A stretch of DNA of 64,000 nucleotides. Source: Vitrella brassicaformis CCMP3155. Its lineage: Eukaryota; Protista; Chromerida. The notes under the pieces are model-generated. The model worked only from the letters and a program-made list of their open reading frames with translations, did no database searches and was not told the DNA's origin. Shown here piece after piece: positions 27,866-39,218 of the stretch. The DNA lies in the NCBI GenBank assembly GCA_001179505.1, contig CDMY01000698.1, positions 62,001 to 126,000 on the forward strand, given 5' to 3'. Within the stretch, counting starts at the first letter, position 1, and every line of letters starts with the position of its first letter. The translations under genes were made by a program, and so were the position numbers.

Positions 27866-29547
27866 ATGGCGTGCATCTGCCGCCATCTCTTCTCCCGCCC
27901 CTCCCCCCGCTTCGGGCACTGGTGCTCCCGCGTGCCGCCCCCCTGCGACCCCCCGGAGGCCGTCGACCAGTTCGATATGACCTGGGGCTTCAACGACATC
28001 GGCCACTTCCCGCACGACCAGGTGGAGTGGCTGGGCGCCATCACCGCGGGGGCCGCAGCTGCTGTCCACAAGGCCCGCAACAAGGCCACTGGGGAGGTCG
28101 TGGCGCTGCGGACGGTGGCCAACCGGGACTTGGTGGAGGCGGGGGGCGATGGGAGCGATTGGATGCCACGCCTGCAGCGCGAGATTCGGGCTCTGGAGGC
28201 CGCCAAGGGCATCGACGGCGTCGTGGATCTCAAGAGGGTAGGTGGGCACATCCATGAAAGGAACCTTTGATGGGTGGGCACTTGACTTGTGTGTGGGGCT
28301 GTTCTATCTCTGTGTGTTATGCAGGTGTACCACATGGGCCAGGTCAGCCACATGGAGTTCGAGCTGCTGCCAGGTGGCAACATGCTCGAGCGGCTGGCCA
28401 CCCGCCATGTGGACACCCTCGGCCGATCAGTCCTGACAGAAGCCCAGATGAGGGCCTGGATGCGGCCCGTCGCTGACGCGTACGCCAAGCTGCTCGCCAA
28501 GGGGATATACCACGGGTGGGCGCACGCCAGAAAAACACTGACACAGAGGGATGGAAGAGATCCCACTGATGAGCCCTGTGTGGACTTCTGCGTGTCTGTG
28601 TGTATATCTCAGCGATGAGCACCTCAACAACATCGTCTTCGACGCCAACGACAGGCCAAAGCTCATCGATTTCGAGTCGACACAGTTCTTCGCAGCTCGC
28701 CTGGTGCGTACGGGGTGCACTTAGGGGGAGCAGTCAGTATGCCGCCCACTGTGTGTGTGTGTGTGTCGTCAGGGGGGTGGTCTCGTGAATGCCGGACCGC
28801 AGCCACGGGGGGTATTCTATTACAAGTCACCTGAGGCAAGACAGACATTCACACAAGGAGAGAGAGAGAGCTTACAGACATGAGGTGTGCCTCTGTGCCA
28901 TTCCTGCAGGCAACCACGCCATGTGCCCTCGTCGACCCCGAGAAGTCGACGGTTTTCTCACTGGGTCAGATGCTGCGGGTGCTGCTGGAGTTCGGCCACG
29001 ACCCGGCCACCCGAGACCTCCACCAGCCGCCGCCCAAGCCATCACCATTCTACAGGACGGACCTCTCGGCGGACGTGAGGCAGCTGATAGAGAGCATGAC
29101 GGCGGCAGACCCCCGCATGCGGCCATCCATCGCACAAGTGCTCAGGCATCAATGGTCAGTACACCTATACGCAGCAAAGACGCAACAGACAGCTGGGGGG
29201 CTACTGATCTCATTTGCCTTACTGTGTCTACATGCAGGTTTGCCCCGTCTGGGCAATGGACACTGCCCTCCACACAGACGCCGTCCCATCCCCACCCTGA
29301 TACCACCAGCACCCGAGCTGCACCGTCCCAACAGCATGTGCCAGCGGCCCGTCGCACACCTTCAACGCCCCCGCCCCCCTCAAACGCGCCGATGCCGGCC
29401 GTGTACTTCGCGCCCCCCTCCCTCCTGCCCCCCTCACAGGCCCAGTATCGCCACTGGCCGATGCCCGGCCACCCACTCCCACCACACCACCACCACTATC
29501 ACCCGCACCCACAGCCACAGCCGCAGGCACTTATCGTGAGAGGCTAA
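27866..29547 (+). CDS. Atypical protein kinase-fold protein (likely pseudokinase), copy 2, Pro/His-rich tail
   Basis: GEVVALR (II), QREIRAL (alphaC), YHGDEHLNNI (VIb), LIDFE (VII), YKSPE (VIII), KSTVFSLG (IX), DPRMRPSIAQVLRHQW (XI); 5 introns in phase. Confidence 0.85.
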
Positions 29548-30464
29548 GTGGACGGCAGAAGCGCTCTCTCGACCGACTCTCGTCCAATGGATGTCTTCGC
29601 TTTGTGCTGGACTCTGCTGTGCTGCTTTTCCTCATGGGCCATCCTTGGTTTGGCGAACCACACCACACCCAGCGATGGTTGGCCGCTTGGCAGGCAGGCA
29701 GGCAGGCAGCTCGGGGAGAGGGGTCGAGGGGGTAAAGCGTATTGTTTATCGGTTGTGGGCAGCGCAGCCGTCATCAAGACAGCTGGTGTGATCGATGCAG
29801 CCAGCCGGCCAGCAATCGTTGTAATGGAGTGCATGGCCAAATGGATTCAACACACCACCCCACACGCATGTGTGTATCGGTTGGCGAGCCAGGCAGATCG
29901 TTTGGAGGGAGGGACTTGTTTATTGGTTGTTGGTCGGTCGGCAACAGACAGGCAGGCTACATTGCATGAGAGCCTGGTAACGGGCCGTTGGTTTTGACCT
30001 GCGATTCTGCTGGACGGTATGGCCTATCTTCGGGTGCCGCTGTGGGGTGAGAAGGACTCGGTTGGGTGGCTTGGTAACTTGTGCTGCGCGTGAATTGGAC
30101 TGATGGGTTATTTCTTCCCTCACCGCCACTTCTTGCACACACGCACTCTGCACACGCTACGTTCATCGGTCGGTCCATCCCATGTGCCTCAGTCGTCATT
30201 GACACACACACACACACACATAGGCAGGCAGGCAGGCAACATGGCTATGCCATCAAAGCTTGCAAGTCTGTCAGTCAGTCAGTCAGTCTGTCTGTCAGTC
30301 AGTCAGCTGGCCCACCACGTACGTCTGTGGCAGACCAGCAAGGCAGCGCAATCACCGCTAGAAGATTCTCCCCCAAGCCTAAGCATCCCGTCTGAACCCC
30401 ACAACGCGCTAATCTCCCCCCTTCCCCCTTCCAACCCCAATGTGGTGCTGCGCTAGAGCGACTT

Positions 30465-31722
30465 CTATGGGCGGTGTGGGTAGCCCGCTGGACTGTGCTG
30501 CATGATCAACTGCCCACGGACGGGTGGGGCCGCGCCATAGGCCGAGCGCACCATCGGCATCGGCGCCGCAATGAGTGGAGCGAAGCTGCACAAGCCATGC
30601 AGGGCAAATCTGTCTATCCATTGGTTGATGTCATGTTTGCCAGTGTTCTTACGGTCTTGTGTGGTACTGAGGGGGGACGGGCGCGTATTGGTACCCGCCG
30701 GCCGCGAAGGGTCTGCGGGATGGATACAAGCAAGTTCCTCCATCTCTTCCCTCCCTCCTTGTGTGTTTGGCGACATACCCGGCTGGCAGCGGCATGGCGG
30801 CAGGAGGCGGTCGAAACGGGTGCAGCACCGGATGCGGGACCACCCTGAGACCAAGCAAGCCATTCACAGCATTTGGGTATCTGTCTGTCTGTCTGTCTGT
30901 CTATCACCCTGCCGGAGGTCGGACGGGCAGCACCGGCGGATGCACTGGTGGAACGTAACGCACAACCTGCCTGCAAACACGACACCCACAATCACCCATC
31001 CATCCGCCCAACATGCCATCTCCTCACTTTATCCCTTCCCCTGCTTACGGCGCCACTACAGCAGCAGGGGGGGCCTCTTGCTGGCCAGCACGCGCCACTT
31101 CAGCAGGAGCCTCTTGTTGGCTGGGACCAGGAGCACCAGCAGCCTCTCCCTGCCCTCCCACCCCCGCCCCCGCCCCGGCCGCGGGGCCAGCGGCAGCCCC
31201 AGCAGCCTCTCCCTCCTCTTGCCCCTGCAGATACTTCCACGGGTACATGTGCCGCTTGATGATCTCGGGGTCGGGAGCGCCGTCGGGAGCCAGCCACTCG
31301 TCGGGACAGGACGGCACCACACGGTCGCTACGGGCGTACTCGCGGTCAGGCGCCACTGACTGCCGGCGACTGCCGGGCGGAATGGGAGGGTCTCGGTGCT
31401 CGAAGTAGTTGCCGCAGGCGCTCAGCTGGCCGCCTCCGTCCAACAACAGGCCTGACGACGGTGAGGTCATCCGCAGACACACACAGATACTTGAATGGAT
31501 GGAATGCGCATCTCTCTCCTTCTTTCGTGCGTGGCGTGGACATTCACCCACAGGGAGGCCAATTGGGGTCTCGCGTTATCCTGCATGAGGTGGAAACAGG
31601 AAGGAAAGGAGATGACAATGGAGGACCAAAGATGGTGGGAGCTGGAGGCGCTGCACTCACCATGGGTTAGGGCCCAGGTACGTCAGCTGACGAAGGTCGA
31701 CAGGCTGATTCGACGCCATCAT
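30465..31722 (-). CDS. Hypothetical protein with Gly/Ala-rich middle and Pro/Tyr-rich C-terminal exons
   Basis: MMASNQPVDLRQLTYLGPNPW.. / LLLDGGGQLSACGNYFEHRDPP..WLAPDGAPDPEIIKRHMYPWKYL / QVVRYVPPVHPP / VVPHPVLHPFRPPP / PFAAGGYQY / PFAPLIAAPMP..PHRP*. The 3' junctions are in phase; the 5' junction phases are unresolved. Confidence 0.55.
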
Positions 31723-31968
31723 GCCCGACGCTAAAGACCTTCCTGCAGAATGACAAGCAGCCACACAGATGCACCAGACGTATCAATGCATTGCCTTCAT
31801 CGTCATCACTACCCGCTCCTTGTGCCCTTCTTGCGCCCGTCTGAACTCTATTCACCGACCATCCAATTGCGAGATCAACGACGATCTGGCTCATCCCTTG
31901 CTGCTGTTTCGGCTCTCCTGTCGGCTGTGAGAGAGCGACTGCACCGTTGGCGGTGAAGGCCTGAGAAG

Positions 31969-34413
31969 ATGTCGGCATTTCTGACCGCTGGTAGTGCTCA
32001 CAAACTGGCCCAGCTGCTGGGCCAGTTTCGGCAGCTCCGGCTGGAGGACAATGGCCGGCCGAGTTATCCGCTCAACGCCTTCCAGAAGATACACCGGGAT
32101 GACTTCTGGAACTGCCTGGTACGGGTCTGAGTGAAGGGTGCACTGCATGGATCAGTGTTTCTGTGTTTCTGTGTTTCTGTGCCTGCGTGTGTGGTGCATG
32201 GTGCAGGATGAGGCTGCGGGCGCGCTGATTGTCATGGTGAACCGGTCCTACCGCCTCAACTTCAGCGTCAACTTCAACTTCGCCTTTGCACCGGGCGTTA
32301 AGACATATCGTGTGGACATACTGCTGGTCGCCTACAACATGTAAGGAGCTGCAGGGGAGAGGGGAGGGAACGCACCACCCGTCCATCAATGCATCGTCTG
32401 TGTGTCACTGGCGTGTGTGTGGATGGCTGCAGGCACTCATCGGTGCAGCTCAATGGCTTCGTCTACATGCACCAACAGCGGGTCCGCCAGTCGGCGCAGC
32501 AGCTCGTGGCGGCGTGGCAGGCCTTCGTCGCCACCGTACGCAAACACTGCACGCATCAAAGAAACCAGGACGGATGAACGGGCGACGCATCCTCTGTCCC
32601 GCTGCCTTTGTGTGTCTCCTGTTGGCGTCTCTCGTGCAGCTTCGCCAGCACTCACCCTACAGCCAGCAGCCCGCCATCGGCGAGATGCAGGCCATGATGC
32701 CCCCCCGCACTAGAGCAGCTCGACCGCTGCTGGGCCGACTTCGAGCGCCGCCACATTCTCGACCTGATGGCCATCAACTGCCAGGCAGTCGCACCCATCA
32801 CCGAGGCCATCATGTATGAGATCAACACCGACGCAGCGGCCGTGGACACGCGGGAGGTGCTGCGGCGGTTCATTCGCGTCATGTGTGTGGTGCTGCGTAT
32901 GGACCCGGAACGGCACGGCATCGACAACGACCTCATGGTCTTCTGCAGGAGAATCCGCAACAACGCAAGTACGTGGGGCCCCGCGGGGGTGGGGGATAGG
33001 GACGAGGGCGAGGGCGAGGGCAACACACAGCACACCCACACTCGTCTGTGGTGTCTCCTCTGCAGGGTCGCTACCTGGGTGTGAGATGTTCCTCGGGCTT
33101 GTTGCCCCGTTGGATGAGGCCTACGACCGATATCGGGGGTGCGCATACACACACACAGAACACACACATTCCCACATCAACCACTTGGTGTGTCTGTCAG
33201 GCTGCTGCGGCATCTGGCGGAGACCGACCTGGTCGACATCGACCCACAGCTGCACCGCAATGCCGAGCTGATGTACCGTGTGCGCAGTCTGAAGGTCGAG
33301 TGTGACGATGCCATGCTATACAAGGTGGATGGGATGGGTGGCTTCATGTCAGAGAGACGGGCGGGAGGGGGAGGGGTGGGCATGCAGCACACACACACAT
33401 CCATCCATCCATCCATGGATCCATCTCTGTGCATGTGTGTGTGTCACGTGTGTGCCAGCGATATCCGCGTCTGCTGATTGCGCTGAGGGAGACGGTTGAC
33501 TTCATGGTCGACCTCATTTATCTGGCGGAAATCCACTTCGGCCAGTACGTCGAGGGCGGGCGCCTGGCGACCATGTTCATCGACTTCACCGATCATCCGA
33601 TCGTGTGGTTCCTGGTAAGCACCCCCCGCACACGTGGATGAAGAACTGGATGGTCCTTTGTCAATCGATGCGTGTCGTGGCTGCCTCTATCAGGTGCCCT
33701 GGTTCACCGTGCTGCATTTCCTCGAGTGCCCGCACGCCCACTACAGCACACACTACAGCATCCTCAAGACCGTCGCCCCGAATCGCTTCGGTCAAGACCC
33801 CGGCGGCACTGTGGAAAGCCTCATGACCAACTTCGAGCAGGGCAAAGCCTACTTCGGGGTAGGCAATTGGCTCACACACACTCACACACACACACACACT
33901 GTCCTCTCTGTGTGTGCACTTGATGCGCAGCGGCGAGGCGTCAGTCGGGATCGGTTCCTGGCGTGTATCGTGTCGCGAATGGCGAGGGGCAATTGGCACC
34001 GGCAACTCGTACGATGAGCATCATGTGTGTGTGCGTGTGAGTCCACCCAGTTGTTTCTCTGCCTGTCTGCAGGATCTGGTGTGTGTGCTTCGGCTTCACC
34101 AGTTTGTCACGAGTCTGTTCACAGTGGCGGCCGACGTCGGAACGGAGAGGGGCCATCTCTGGCAAACCATGACCAAAGTATGTGTGGCGGCACACCACAC
34201 CCCCACCGCACCTGATATGTACTTGTGTGTCTGTGTCATTGGTGTGTTTTCTGTCTGTCTGTCTGTCCGCCGGTCTGCCAGTTCATCATTGTGTGTCTGC
34301 GATACAAGCTGATGCACCACACACCCACGCGCCTCATCCTCATGCTGGGCGTGGACACGGTGCGCCCCTTCACCAAGCTCGAGACCCGCAGAGAGGGGTG
34401 TGCCATCATGTAG
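31969..34413 (+). CDS. Hypothetical protein (predominantly helical; no family recognised), about 10 introns
   Basis: MSAFLTAGSAHKLAQLLGQF.. through FIIVCLRYKL..GCAIM*; exons with strong GC3 bias splice in phase except for one break at the C7 run 32700-32706. Confidence 0.7.
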
Positions 34414-35653
34414 CGAGCAGGCCGACTGACACCACGTGTGTGCGTCTGCGTGTGTGAGATAGCTCTTGTGTAGTGGCAGGTGCATGTGATTTCAGACGTC
34501 ATCCTGCCTGTGTGTAGCCTAGAGGGACATGTTGACATACGGGGAGGGGGCATGGGTGGGTGCGGTGGTGTGTTGATAGCTAGCTAGATCAGACAGACAG
34601 ACAGATGGTCTGACTCAGGGCTGCCTTAGCTGTGGCGCACGTCGCCGCGCAATGCGTGTGTGCATGTCAGCTGACTTTTAGCTTTTCTCTCCTCTTGACC
34701 TGGACGTGCTTCCTGTACCGTGTACCATTTACCATTCACAGCGTCGTGCAAGCATTAGTTCAATGTCTCCCGTACCCACTCCCTGCCAAGCAAGGTTCAA
34801 CACAGCAAAGCACCGTCCATTGCGAGCCAAGAGAAACCCCCGAAGTTGATCAGCCCAGCCCCCCGCCAACTGACCAGCCAGAAGAGCTCTCCCTTGTCAT
34901 GAAGCGCAATACTCACTGTGGTCACGCACCACCTCACACGAGAAACAAAACGAGACTTGCAGCCGCCAAGATCTCCCTTCTCAGCAGACAGACGGCGCTC
35001 TGCTGGAAGCGAACACCTGCCTGCCTGCCTCCCATCCATCCATCCATCCCTCCATCCATCTGTCCGGCGTTCTACTGCACCACAACAGCTGAATGACTGA
35101 TGGGCCTTCGCTCGTGTCGCTTTGCACCCACCAGCCAGCAGCGCCAAAATGGCCAACCGAGAAAAGCGGCACGTCCCAGGGTCAGATGACAAACGTGTAG
35201 ACGTGCACCGGCCAGCGACGGTGATTTGCCGGGCCGTCCACAGCCCCGCTCACTCAGACAAGCCGGTGGCCAAAAGCCAGAGAGCAATGAAGGACAGGCA
35301 GGAAAGGCGAGAGTCGATCCCAGTGGATGGATGGACTTACCCCTTCCCACAGAGCACAGCAAGCAAATGAGGCAGCCAGCAGCCCGGCCACTCGCTTCCT
35401 TTCCCCCTTCCCCACCCATCCCCCTCTCACTGCCTCTCTCCCTCCCTCACTTAACCAACCACCAGATCGCCCCCAAAGCCACACCAGCCAGAGTTGATCA
35501 GCCCATGCACGCCGAGTAGGCCTGCCTGCCCTGCCGCCTCGCAAACGATCGAAGGCTCACAACACTCACCACTGGAACGATACAGCGCTGGCTGGCTGGC
35601 TGTGTCATCCACTCATGGCCCAATTACTGTACTGCCCACACAACAACAATGCC

Positions 35654-35953
35654 NNNNNNNNNNNNNNNNNNNNNNNNNNNNNNNNNNNNNNNNNNNNNNN
35701 NNNNNNNNNNNNNNNNNNNNNNNNNNNNNNNNNNNNNNNNNNNNNNNNNNNNNNNNNNNNNNNNNNNNNNNNNNNNNNNNNNNNNNNNNNNNNNNNNNNN
35801 NNNNNNNNNNNNNNNNNNNNNNNNNNNNNNNNNNNNNNNNNNNNNNNNNNNNNNNNNNNNNNNNNNNNNNNNNNNNNNNNNNNNNNNNNNNNNNNNNNNN
35901 NNNNNNNNNNNNNNNNNNNNNNNNNNNNNNNNNNNNNNNNNNNNNNNNNNNNN
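35654..35953. other. Assembly gap (300 N)
   Basis: Run of N. Confidence 1.
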
Positions 35954-36621
35954 CCCCCCTTCTTCCCCGAGCTGTCTGCCTGCCTGCCTGCCTGGGCGAA
36001 GGCCAACCACACACACTGGCTCACAGCCGGGACGAAGGCAACAGCAGAAAGGCGAAAACTTACTCGGCACATAGAAGTATGGCCACAGAACACAACAAGT
36101 CCATAGTTCCCTCTAACCGAGCCGAACAGCCCTAAGCAACGCCTCTCTGCCAACCAACCAACCAACCGGCAATCTTCACTGTGGTCGCACCACCTAGCCC
36201 GATGACCTTGCTGATCAAACGGCTGTCTTGATGACGGCTGTGCTGCACAGCCCACAACCAATAAACAATACCCTTCCCCCTCCCCCTCTCCCTTGCAGTC
36301 GATCGGCGCTGGCTGACCCCACTGGTGTGTCTTTACCGGCCCTTCAATTCCCCCTCACCCCACACAGTGCACAATTGCTGGCCAGCCACACACAAGGGGA
36401 GCCAGCACCCACTTTCTCACAGCCAGCCAGACAGACAGACAAGAAGTAAGGCCAAGCCAAAACGGGCGGCCTGCAACGCCGCCCTCGGTCATCCTTTAAG
36501 GACAGAAACAGAGCCAAAGAGCCTGACTGCGCATGCCGATGGGGATCAGCAGCACAGCACAGCACAAAGCGAAGACATCCATTGGACGAGAGTCGGTCGA
36601 GAGAGCGCTTCTGCCGTCCAC

Positions 36622-38601
36622 TTAGCCTCTCACGATGACTGCCTGCGGCTGTGGCTGTGGCTGTGGGTGATAGTGGTGGTGTGGTGGTGGGAGTGGGTGG
36701 CCGGGCATTGGCCAGTGGCGACAATGCGCTTGCGAGGGGGGNNNNNNNNNNNNNNNNNNNNNNNNNNNNNNNNNNNNNNNNNNNNNNNNNNNNNNNNNNN
36801 NNNNNNNNNNNNNNNNNNNNNNNNNNNNNNNNNNNNNNNNNNNNNNNNNNNNNNNNNNNNNNNNNNNNNNNNNNNNNNNNNNNNNNNNNNNNNNNNNNNN
36901 NNNNNNNNNNNNNNNNNNNNNNNNNNNNNNNNNNNNNNNNNNNNNNNNNNNNNNNNNNNNNNNNNNNNNNNNNNNNNNNNNNNNNNNNNNNNNNNNNNNN
37001 NNNNNNNNNNNNNNNNNNNNNNNNNNNNNNNNNNNNNNNNNGAGGGGGGCGGGTGGGAGGGGGGGGCGAAGTACCTGGCCCGCATTGGCACGTGTGTGGG
37101 GGGCGGGGGCAGGGGCGTTGAAGGTGTGCGACGGGCCGCTGGCACGTGCTGCTGGGACGGTGCAGCTCGGGTGCTGGTGGTATCAGGGTGGGGATGGGAC
37201 GGCGTCTGTGCGGAGGGCAGTGTCCATTGCCCAGACGGGGCAAACCTGCAGAGAGACACAGTTGGCAAATGAGATCAGTGGCGCCCCAGCTGTCTGTCGT
37301 GTCGTGTTGCGTCTTGGTGCGGACCAGTGATGGGTGAGCACTTGTGCGATTGACGGCCGCATGCGGGGGTCTGCCGCCGTCATGCTCTCTATCAGGTCCC
37401 TGACGTCCGCCGAGAGGTCCGTCCTGTAGAATGGTGATGGCTTGGGCGGCGGCTGGTGGAGGTCTCGGGTGGCCGGGTCGTGGCCGAACTCGAGCAGCAC
37501 TCGCAGCATCTGGCCCAAAGAGAAAACCGTTGACTTGTCGGGGTCGAAGAGGGCACACGGAGTGGCAGCCTGCAGGCACGGCACAGAGGCACAGATCATG
37601 TCTGTTAGCTCTCTCTCTAGCTCTCTCTCTCTCTCTCCTTGTGTGAATGTCTGTCTTGCCTCGGGTGACTTGTAGTACAACACTCCGCGTGGCTGCGGGC
37701 CGGCATTCAGGAGACCACCCCCCTGACACTACACACGCACACACACACACAGCGTCATGCTGGTTACTTCCCCCCTCCGTCCACCCGTACGCACCACTCG
37801 AGCTGCGAAGAACTGTGCCAGTTCGAAGTCGATGAGTTTGGGGTTGTCGTCGGCGTCAAAAACAACGTTGTTGAGATGCTCGTCGCTGAGGCACAGACAC
37901 AGACACGCAGTAGACACAATGCTCATCAGTGTATGTCTGGCATGCACCCACCCGTGCCATATCCCCTTGGCCAGCAGCTTGGCGTAGGCGTCGATCACCG
38001 GCCGCAGCCACGCCCTGGCCTGCTCCTCTGTCAGTGCCGACCGGCCGAGGGTGTCCACATGGCGGGTGGCCAGCCGCTCGAGCATGTTGCCGCCGGGCAA
38101 CAGCTCGAACTCCATGTGGCTGACCTGGCCCATGTGGTACACCTGCATAACACACATAGATAGGACAACCCCACACACAAGTCAAGCGCCCACCCATCAA
38201 AGGTTCCTTCCATGGATGTGCCCACCTACCCTCTTGAGGTCCACGACCCCGTCGATGTCCTTTGCGGCCTCTAGCGCCCGAATCTCTCGCTGTAGACGTG
38301 GCATCCAGTCGCTCCCATCGCCCCCCGCCTCCACCAAGTCCCGGTTGGCCCTGGTCCGCACCGCCACCACTTCCCCAGTGGCCTTGTTGCGGGCCAGATT
38401 GACGACAGCGATGTCGCCCACACTGACGGCGCGCAGCCGCTCCAGGTGGTCGTCGGGGAAGTGGCCGACGTGGTTGAAGCCCCAGGTCATGTCGAGCTGC
38501 TCGACGGCCTCCGGGCGGTCGGATGGGGGCGGCACGCGGGAGCACCAGTGCCGGAATCGGGGCGAGGGGCGGGAGTACAGATGGCGACAGATGCACGCCA
38601 T
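36622..38601 (-). CDS. Atypical protein kinase-fold protein (likely pseudokinase), copy 3
   Basis: MACICRHLYSRP..GEVVAVR..QREIRAL / ..KGIWHG / DEHLNNVV..LIDFE / ..YKSPE / ..KSTVFSLGQ..DPRMRPS / ..VIVRG*; same exon structure as copy 2. Confidence 0.85.
36742..37041. other. Assembly gap (300 N) inside the last exon of kinase copy 3
   Basis: Run of N flanked by G-rich sequence. Confidence 1.
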
Positions 38602-38973
38602 CGATGGATGGATGGATGGAGGGGATGAGCGAAGGGGGAGGAGGGGGTGAGGTGGTTGGTGGAGAGGTGGTGGGTGGAGAGGGAGAGAAAGAAGCAGAAA
38701 GCTGCGAGGATGCGAAGAGCTGGCGCACGGGGGAGGCTGTACGGAGAGCCGTCCGGAGGGCGGATCTGCGCCAAGCTCGCACGGGAGGAGGTGCCGCCTC
38801 TCAGTTTGCCTCAGTTCATCATCGAAGCCCGGATCTATCGCATCTCTCGTTTGCCCTCGATGTCGCCCATTCCGCGGCAGAAACGACTCGCGTAACGGGC
38901 AAACTGTCTTCTCCTCCTCCCACCTCCGCCTGCCTTATCGCCCTGCTATCGGCTTCCCTGGCCGCGCCGGACG

Positions 38974-39087
38974 ATGGCAGAGATCATCGCCGTCGGCATG
39001 GGGCTGTACCAAGGCTACGTCACCGTCAGGCTTCTGTGTTCCACTGCCAACATCGTCAAGGATGTGTCATCAGGGCTCTCGACATAA
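38974..39087 (+). other. Truncated duplicate of the first codons of the downstream gene (37-aa uORF or pseudo-exon)
   Basis: MAEIIAVGMGLYQGYVTVRLLCSTANIVKDVSSGLST* versus MAEIIAVGMGLWQCYASVKLLCSTANIVKDVSSGNRP at 39219; the upstream leader is also duplicated. Confidence 0.85.
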
Positions 39088-39218
39088 CGGCCGTCTTCTC
39101 CCTCTCTGCTTCCCCAGTGCTTCCACCCGTCGTCGGCTTCCACGGCGACAGCCTGTCTTCTCCTCTTCCCGCCTCTGCCTGCCTATCGCCCTGCTATCGG
39201 CCTCCACCGCGCCAGACG

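Larger units (their letters stand above)
27700..38785. repeat. Inverted duplication: arm 27700-29790 versus arm 36220-38785
   Basis: Reverse-complement identity covers the upstream region (GTGCGAGCTTGGCGCAGATC), the whole kinase gene with its introns, and 3' flank (ATCGTGAGAGGCTAAGTGGACGGCAGAAGCGCTCTCTCGACCGACTCTCGTCCAATGGATGTCTTCGC; GCCGTCATCAAGACAGC). Confidence 0.9.

Noticed and set aside
34420-36220. Gene in the region between the orphan gene and kinase copy 3
   Set aside because: Microsatellite-rich with a gap; ORFs run through N and show no coding bias.
27700-38785. Inverted arms as the terminal repeats of a transposon
   Set aside because: The arms are intron-containing kinase genes; no transposase, integrase or target-site duplication was seen.
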